This document shows positions 43,907 to 51,355 of a stretch of DNA of 51,355 nucleotides, piece after piece. This DNA is from Cyanophora paradoxa CCMP329. Its lineage: Eukaryota; Plantae; Glaucophyta. Location: positions 1 to 51,355 of the forward strand of contig QPMI01000538.1 in assembly GCA_004431415.1 (NCBI GenBank). Reading direction: 5' to 3'. Numbering within the stretch: position 1 is the stretch's first letter; every line of letters starts with the position of its first letter. Both the position numbers and the translations under genes were made by a program. The notes under the pieces were generated by a model. That model made no database searches. It saw nothing but the letters and a program-made list of their open reading frames with translations, and was not told the DNA's origin.

Positions 43907-46213
43907 TTAATATTCAACATCCTCTCCATTGTCTTCTTGAACCCTTGTTATCTTTCGAAGTCCAATGTAGCCCCTTGCTCTGGTTCCATGAATTCGTTTA
44001 ACCTCTGATTTAACATTGAAGATTTCCCTTACTCTTTTCATAACAGATACACATTCAACTTTATCATCTACACTTTTGTATGATCTGTAAATGATATCAC
44101 TGGAAACAAAGTCGTTAGCATTATGTGTAACCTCGAAATTATCTCGAAGCCATTCACCAATCTTGTCATTTTCAGCTATAAAGTTAATTCCCTGTTCAAT
44201 AATCGATTGAGGGGGACTTCTTAAGATCTCTTCAACCTCTTTGTTCTTCCACATATCCAGTAATATCTTCATGTGAGCCATCTTATACTCATCATCATTG
44301 TGAAGAAGTGTGAACAGAGTTGGATCAGCTTTCTTCTGACCAGCTTCAGGCTTCTCTCTGAAAATATTGTTGAATCTCTGGTATGAAAGTCTTCTTTGAA
44401 TTGCGAAGTCTGGTTTATTAATAGTCAAATTGTCATTAGTTGTAATGTAAACTTGAAACATTGGAGTGAGGATAACTGGATCTTTGAACAAGGCTCTCAC
44501 AGTCATTTCATTTCCACCTGTGACCTCCTTAATCTTGGAGATCTGCAGTTTATCACCATCTTCAGCCTCATTACTGAATACAAGTCGCTTTCCAAGGAGT
44601 TTGGCAAGTTCAGGAGTAGCCTCTGATGAGTTCTTTTTAGGCTTAGTCCAATAGGATATTTCGAGAGGGCTGTAATAACGACCAGATATCTGTTTGCAGT
44701 ATTCCTGAACAAGTGATTTACCATTAGCACCAGCACCAGTCCACATATAGAACTTCTGGGATTTAGTTGATCCACTAAGGGCAATTGCAATGGATGCCAG
44801 AAGATACTTTCGCTCTGCTGGATCATCCACAATCTCTTTATAAATCTGATTTAGATGCTCTATTTTCTTGGGGTCTACATTTTCAGTATAGTCATAACCC
44901 ACAGTCTTACTCACCATATCTTCCAGTTTACCCTTTCTGAAAGTCATAGTGGTCAGATCAAATACACCATTTTCGAATCCAATCACATATGGAACAGTGT
45001 CAATCTTCTCAAAGAATTCATCATCATTCAGCAGTGGGACCAAGTCAGTCAGAAGGGATTTGCGAAATCCTGATTGTTTAAGGTTTTTGGCAATGGTCAT
45101 CAATGTTTTGGATCTTTCTTCGAAAGTTGCTTTGTTTTCCTCATCCTTTAAGCTCTTTGACTATAATGCACAGCCCTTCCAAGGTATTGGGGACAACAAG
45201 ACGGCTTATATCTAGGTAAATCTTAAGGTTTGTGTCATCAAGCTCCCAAATCCAGTATCAGTATTGAGTTTGAACCATGACTTTTTGGAGTATCTCCAAG
45301 TGTGTTTCAGAACCTCTTTGCATACTAAACTTACATCATAATGAGCGCCACCTGAACCAGCGGATTTATCTATAAGATTAAAGATATCAGATTGCATTCC
45401 AATGCAGATGAATCGTTTTTTGCAATTTCCACTGTAGCTTGACACAATGTATTTGTTATCATCTCCTTAGCTTTCATAACATACCAGTTATTCGATTCAT
45501 GTGAACCGTTACAGCATGGGCAATTGAGTCCCTTGTTAGCAGCATCAAAGTTAAAGCCAAGTTCAGTTTAGAGATTATATTGGATGCATAAATCCCATAT
45601 CCACCAGCTCTTTGATAATATTGTTTTCCAGTTCATCATATGAGTAGCATTAGCAGTATACTCACTCTTATAGATGTAGTTATCGATAATCCACTTTTGA
45701 AGTCATCAGTAGGCTCATTGAATCACAGGTATCATCCCATGGGAGATCACCAAGCCTTGTTGACACTGGACAAACATTAATTAATCCAGAAGTTCCAGTT
45801 CCAGTGATTGTTTTCAGGTCACTTTTCAAAGCCTTTAAGCCTGGAGCCTTATCGTGATTTTGAGTTTAGTGAACTCCTCAGTCGTTTAAAGTAGACATGA
45901 TAGCCTTTTTTAGTTTTGCCATGGGCTGATTGGCATCAAAGTCATCAGGAACATATCCGGAATTTCTCAAAGTTCTCCTCATCATCAAAGTCAATAACCA
46001 TCATGTTGTCTGAGAGCAGAATGCCCCAAGATACATACTGATTAGTTGCCAGCGCTTCCTCATACTTTTCCCAGGACCAAGCACCTCCCTTATGCTTGAA
46101 AACTGGGTCTTTGCTGTCAGGTTTCACTGGGATAATCATGTTTTGGACAGTTCCTCATCAGAACGAAGCCAGTTAGCGAGCGATTTAATTAACTTGGTCT
46201 GTTTGGCGTTCAT
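43907..46213 (-). CDS. Prim-Pol primase fused to a D5-like SF3 helicase (several frameshifts)
   Basis: N-terminal IIPVKPDSKDP...WGILLSDNMMVIDFD...KKGYHVYF (Prim-Pol); IGFENGVFDL (D5_N); Walker A GAGANGKS; FSNE; ITTND; IQRRL. Confidence 0.88.
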
Positions 46214-46342
46214 TTTCAGCGATTGGGGTCCTTTTATATATATAGAGATTTTTCTTAAGTAGTTTTGGGTCCCCCAATCATTTTTTGTTGGAAATCGAGA
46301 AAGTATCCCTACGAAATTTATCCACATGATATATCGAGTGGT

Positions 46343-46672
46343 TTAGATACAAAAAGGATGAATGGGTATTTCAGCGATTAAACAGCATATCCCCAGCCTA
46401 GTTATATGCTGGGAAAAATAATTTAGACATGTTTCGATTTCTCCTCGATTGAGTAGGGACATCATACAAATACTTGACAAAGCAGACTGCATTGGCTGCA
46501 TACTTTCGCTGACATGAACTGCAATTTTCATTGTTCTGTAGGTATCATCGGTTTGATATAGATCTCTAAGCTGTGTGGCTATTTTTTTCGTTAAACTTTT
46601 TGATTTGAGCCTTACCTTTTTCAGTTTGCTGGTATCTCTTCATAGCTCTCTTCTGGGCTTCACTGATGGCAT
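46343..46672 (-). CDS. Small hypothetical basic protein (frameshifted)
   Basis: ATG at 46672 downstream of the conserved TATATATA promoter-like motif. Confidence 0.35.
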
Positions 46673-46727
46673 TTTTCCTCTGTCTCTCTTAATATATATA
46701 GAGAATTCTTTAAATCATTTTTGTTCT

Positions 46728-47542
46728 CTAACCTCTTTGTCCAAATCGCTCAATATACATAAGTTTGAAATGCTTACCTAGCAATGCTACAAATGGTTCG
46801 ATTTCCAAGGTCTCCCATGTTTTCTTGTCCTTATTCCATCTGCAATCTAATCCTTTTGCGATATCTTTTTTAAGATAAGGCACCTGAAACCCAGCAACCA
46901 ATGTATTTGTTGTACTGAGTTCTGCATACATTTCAATCAATGCAGATCTGCCCTCTCTGAACCTCTCTATATCATCTCTGCGAAGATTATCCATTTTCGG
47001 AATAAATTGGTTGCACCAAATCAGGAAAAGATTAACTGCATGTTTATTCCTTGCTCTTTCTTGTTCTAATTCTCTCTGTCTTCGCTCTCTTTCTTCTAAT
47101 TCAAGCTGCCTCTTTCGAGCTTCCTCTTGTTTTTCAAGTTCTCTTTTTCTTTCCAGTTCTTCTTGCTTTAAAGCGATTCTGCACTTATTACAGAAATTAT
47201 CCTTTCGGTTTTTATGCCGATCTCCACATCTTTCACATATATCTTGACCTCTGGCACCCTTCGGAATAAATCGTAAAATGCAGCAATTCCCAACAATGAC
47301 CACAATCTTTTATTAACATGCAGAATATAGCATTGCTCTTTAATTGGATGATCACAGGCGCAATGCTCAGACTCTGGAGGCAGGTCATAGTCACTTAATC
47401 CATATTTTGCAAGCTTTGCCCAAAGAGGGAGCGGTTTCCTGTTACTTCCAAGAGCAACATAATCATTGAAGTTATCAGATCCACAAAGCAACATTAAAGC
47501 CGCTTTGAGCTTTTCCAGGCAATACGATTTCTTCTCTGCCAT
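46728..47542 (-). CDS. Cys-rich, coiled-coil, DUF5710-like protein (frameshift near 47305)
   Basis: CACDHPIKEQCYI...VGNCCILRF...CERCGDRHKNRKDNFCNKC; C-terminal VPYLKKDIAKGLDCRWNKDKKTW. Confidence 0.6.
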
Positions 47543-47651
47543 TGTCCTTTTATATATATAGAAGATATTTCTTTAAGTAGTTTTCATCAAATTTTGTGTT
47601 CAGAATTCCCCATTTAAAACCTCTCCTTTTAGTAGGAACAAGTTAGGAACT

Positions 47652-50600
47652 ATGCCCCGAATTAGCAACAGACTCATTAGAGAGAAGAAATGGGAACTCA
47701 TGGGATTACTGGGAACACTGTATGCAGCCCATGAAATCACAGAGGCTGAATATGACCGGGAAATCGGATTTATTTCAAGGGGCAGACCCACTTTAGCAAA
47801 ATTAACCAGAAAAGCCAATAACCTCTATGACAAAGTTGAGACTCTTGATGAACTCGATCGCCTGAGGCAAATAGAACCAGAGGCAGAAGATGGAACAGCC
47901 ATGAATGAATTATATCGCTGGCTCACATACAGAGCCAGAAGGGAAGTTGTTGTTAGATGTGATTGAATATTTAGATAGAATTGCAACCTCTCTACCAAAA
48001 CGTTTAAGGATAGTCTGGATCAATTCAGGGCAATCAAAGTTCGCTTGTCGTTTATCTGCAAGTTCGTAAAAGTCAGCAATCCACAGGTTTGGATATCGAA
48101 ATACATTTACAGCGATTATTTTGTATTAACCAAATCGAGAAATATTCGAACTGAGCTGAATAAAGCAGCCCAAATGTGTCAGGAACAGATGAATGTTGTT
48201 GATAGCTATCGATTGGAGAGAATCGAAATGCTAAGAGTTGCTATTATGAGTTATGCCCCAACTGGTGGCTGCTATGTTAAAACACCAGAATCAATTGCAG
48301 CCAAGAGAGCCACAGTGAATATTCGAAATATTGATGATTCTTGCTTTGAAAATGCCATTTTGGCATGGATCCATAGGAAAGATGTAAATTCCCACAAGAG
48401 AAGTGAGCTTACACAATATCGCAAATGGAAATACTCACCAACCACATACAATCCTTTGGCTCTCAATTTCGACAATATCCCATTCCCTGTTCCTTGTGAT
48501 GCTGAAATCATTGATAAATTCGAATCTCAAAATGCAGGCATCAGCATAAACATATTTGGAATGGATGGAGATGTTATATATCCCTACATCAATCCAGCAA
48601 CCCAGGCAGAAAGCAAAAGATTAATCTAATGCTCATTCATGATGATGAAGGGAATGGTCACTATATTACAATCATGTCCCTTTCAAGACTTCTCAGAGTT
48701 GCCCTTGATAAAACCAAGGATCAAAAGTTACACTACTGTGATACATGCTTATCTCGATTCAGGTCTGAGGCTAAACTCACTGCTCATGTGGACTCAAACA
48801 GATGCATTGATTGGAGACTCTCAAAGGGAATCACCCTAACCTGAACCACCATAGAGTTTGGACTGAAAAACCTCAGGAAAACTGTCTGGCTTCCTGTTGT
48901 GGTTTACTGCAAGATTGAACATAGAAGCATCCCCATTGATGCATCGAAATCCAAGAGGGAAGTCTCAGCAGTCAACCTAGAATAGTCACTGGGGCAGATG
49001 TTCAGATTTTCGATTTGAGGGCAGGATCCAATGGGAGGTCTGTTTGAATGCTTGGAGTCCAAAGCAAGAGAGCTAATCGATTTCCTGTTCACCAATATTC
49101 CCATGAATGAACTCACAGATGAGCAAAAGGCTATTTACAGAGCTACAAACACTGTTACCTTTGCAGTGAGAGGTTCACCAAGGAAAACTTCAAATGCAGG
49201 GATCATGATCACCACACAGGTAATTACATTGCTCCTGCATGCAGAAACTGCAATCTCCATAGGAGAATCTCAAAGCAAACAAAGTAGCAGTGGTTGTTGA
49301 CCAAATGGATGACTGTGGGACATTCATTTTCAGAAAAATAGCAGGCATGGGTGATAAAAAGCGAATCGAAATCCTTTCGAAAAACTTTGATCAATACCTT
49401 TCATTGCAATGGGGTCTTTACAAGTTCATTGATGCAAGTAATTTATGGACTTTGGGGCTGCTGATGTAGATGAGTTAATGAGCAAATTCCAGGCTTTCAG
49501 AAGGCTTTCACACTCAGTATATGGATTGGACCCAGTTCATTATGTATCTGCACCTGGGTTATCTTGGGATGCTATGCTTAGGACCACCAAGGCAAAAATA
49601 GAGCTTATAAGTGATGTAGAGCAATACGAATTTGTTGAGAGGGGAATCAGGGGTGGCTTTGCAACAATGCCTTGTAGGTATGCTGAGGCTGATGGTGAGA
49701 ACTCCCATATAATGCTGTTTGATGCTAACAACTTGTATGGCTACTGTTTGAGTCAGCCAATCCAGTTGGTGATTTTAGATGGGAGACCGAATTCAACCCA
49801 CAAGATAACAGATCCAGTTTCCTGGAAGTTGATCTGGATTACCCAATTAGGCTATATCTAGACCACAGTGATTTCCCCCTAATTATTAACAAGAAAATAG
49901 TAGAATATGCGAATTATCACAATATCAAAAGAGCCTATTAGATCTCTCAGGAGAAGAGCTTGATAAGACCCCTAAGCTAACTGCAACCTTTGGTTCTGTG
50001 ACCAACTATGTGATTTCTGAGCCTCTTCTACAGTATCTGTTGGACAAAGGGGTGAAACTAAAGAAGGTTCACAGGGTCCTATCATTTACTGTGGCTCCTG
50101 TAATGAAACCCTACATTGAGCTGAATACTGAGATGAGAAGGAAAGCAGTGAATAAATTCGAGGCTGATTTCTATAAACTCATGAATAACTCAATCTATGG
50201 GAAATGCATTGAATCTTGCAGAGGTAGATCTGTGGTTAAGATTGCAAACAGTGAGAAACTGTTTATGAAATATGCAGCCTCTCCCATTGGTGAAATCAAC
50301 AAGTCCCATAAACGAAAAAGCAGTTGCCTTTGAGTTTTACACAAAGCATGTGAAGCTAGATAAGCCAGTTGCTATTGGGGCTTATGTTTGGATGCAGCCA
50401 AACTGCATAACTACAAGTTCTTCTATGATACTGTAAGGTCCCAATGGACAAAGCAAAGTTACTATTCCATGATACTGACTCCTTGTCTATATATGAATCT
50501 AAGACCCTCAAAAAGATAGGAATATATCTTTATGCATTGGACCTAGGGGGGTCTAACAGAATGACCCCAGGTAAATACAAAAATGAAATGCCTGGCTCTG

Positions 50601-50878
50601 CTATATTGGAGTATGTGGGTCTGAGAGCTAAAGTTTACAGTTTCAGAACTGCTGAGATTGAGAGGAGTAAGCTCTCTGGGACTTCAACTGAGGAACTCCA
50701 ATTTAATGATTTTAAACAGTGTTTATTTGCAGGTATCAGCAAGACTGTGACTGCAAAGCAGAAGAGAAGGGCAGATCACACAATAATAGATACTGTGAGT
50801 AGAAGGGTTGCCCTAAACTGCTTTGATGCAAAGAGATACATCTTACCAGATGGTATTAATTCTGTTCCTTTTAATTAA
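47652..50878 (+). CDS. polB: Protein-primed family B DNA polymerase, Maverick-type (multiple frameshifts)
   Basis: NIRNIDDSCF; C2H2 finger CDTCL...H...C; RDHDHHTG...CRNCN; YGLDPVHYVSAPGLSWDAML; IRGG; motif A DANNLYG; motif B KLMNNSIYGK; motif C HDTDS; GLRAKVYS. Confidence 0.92.
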
Positions 50879-50881
50879 GAG

Positions 50882-51355
50882 ATGCCAGCAACTGGAAGAA
50901 TAGTTAGAAGAACCACTGAGCAACTGCAAGGTAACCTCTGCCTATCACATTCCAAAGGAGGAAAAGGGGAATCTCGAATTGTTCAAAAAGTCAGAATGAA
51001 AGAGCTTGTCCCAGTAGAGATCCCAGTTGCTATTGCAGTGAAAGAAACCAGCAAGATTGCCAAGAGATTCTATGATGTGAGAACTGGTTACAAAGGGCTT
51101 CAAGCTATGAGGGCTGAGTTACCTGATGAATCCTATAAGCAGTTGCAAGAGTTCTATAAAAACAAGAAGTTGTTCAGATCAATGCACCTGCTATATCTAG
51201 GAAGAGAGATCCCATGGTCAATTAGGCAACCCTTGATACCTATGTGATTGATTTACTCTTTTTCCCAGTTATAAGAAACAAACAATGGCTATGATACATT
51301 TATGACTGCAATGGAATCACACTAAGAACTGGGTATATTATACCTATAAGGGATA
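50882..51355 (+). CDS. Retroviral-like (rve) integrase, Polinton type; 5' part only, frameshifted
   Basis: FYDVRTGYKG N-terminal block. At 51241, YVIDLLFFP.YKK.NNGYDTFMTAM...GYIIP resembles the Polinton-INT block (D-L..M..Y.K.N.GY.YIL..ID). Confidence 0.72.

Larger units (their letters stand above)
26335..51355. mobile_element. Endogenous Maverick/Polinton-class virus (left ~25 kb; right end outside the window)
   Basis: Abrupt GC-to-AT switch exactly at the breakpoint of the duplicated host sequence; intronless and gene-dense; MCP, pentons, A32 ATPase, pPolB, rve integrase and D5 helicase. Confidence 0.93.

Noticed and set aside
38802-51355. Calling MCP, primase-helicase, pPolB and integrase pseudogenes, or invoking programmed frameshifting
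   Set aside because: Those I traced are single-base losses in homopolymers, and the duplicated host segments differ in the same way, so long-read error is more likely. Polishing is needed to decide.
26335-51355. Absence of the adenain-like maturation protease; virophage or bacterial prophage assignment
   Set aside because: The element is truncated by the window, so absence cannot be claimed. The core genes are Polinton-type and the junction is with eukaryotic DNA.

Overview
Two sharply different compartments. (1) 1-26334 is very GC-rich, intron-dense eukaryotic (protist/algal-type) host DNA. It holds a TPR/coiled-coil/CCCH/RING-H2 gene, present once in full and once as a partial segmental duplicate (1-3661 matches 22617-26334). 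It also holds a young gag-only LTR retrotransposon (281-bp LTRs, TGCAT TSD) inside intron 1 of an F-box/LRR gene, a pogo-like MITE, a ~2.68-kb tandem array (2.3 copies) and a truncated Arf-like gene fragment. (2) 26335 to the end of the window is an AT-rich, intronless endogenous Maverick/Polinton-class virus whose right end lies outside the window. It encodes a double-jelly-roll MCP, two pentons, an A32-type packaging ATPase, a Prim-Pol/D5 primase-helicase, a protein-primed PolB, an rve integrase, a ~1800-aa fibre with an S74 chaperone, a patatin-discoidin lipase, an HNH-AP2 endonuclease and a SAM decarboxylase. The most unusual features of the virus are a 284-bp imperfect hairpin forming its very end, two inverted iteron-type origin-like elements, a pPolB that appears to lack proofreading, and CpG depletion that spares only TCG/CGA contexts. 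Many frameshifts are single-base homopolymer indels and are probably long-read errors. All family assignments are by motif recognition, without database searches.
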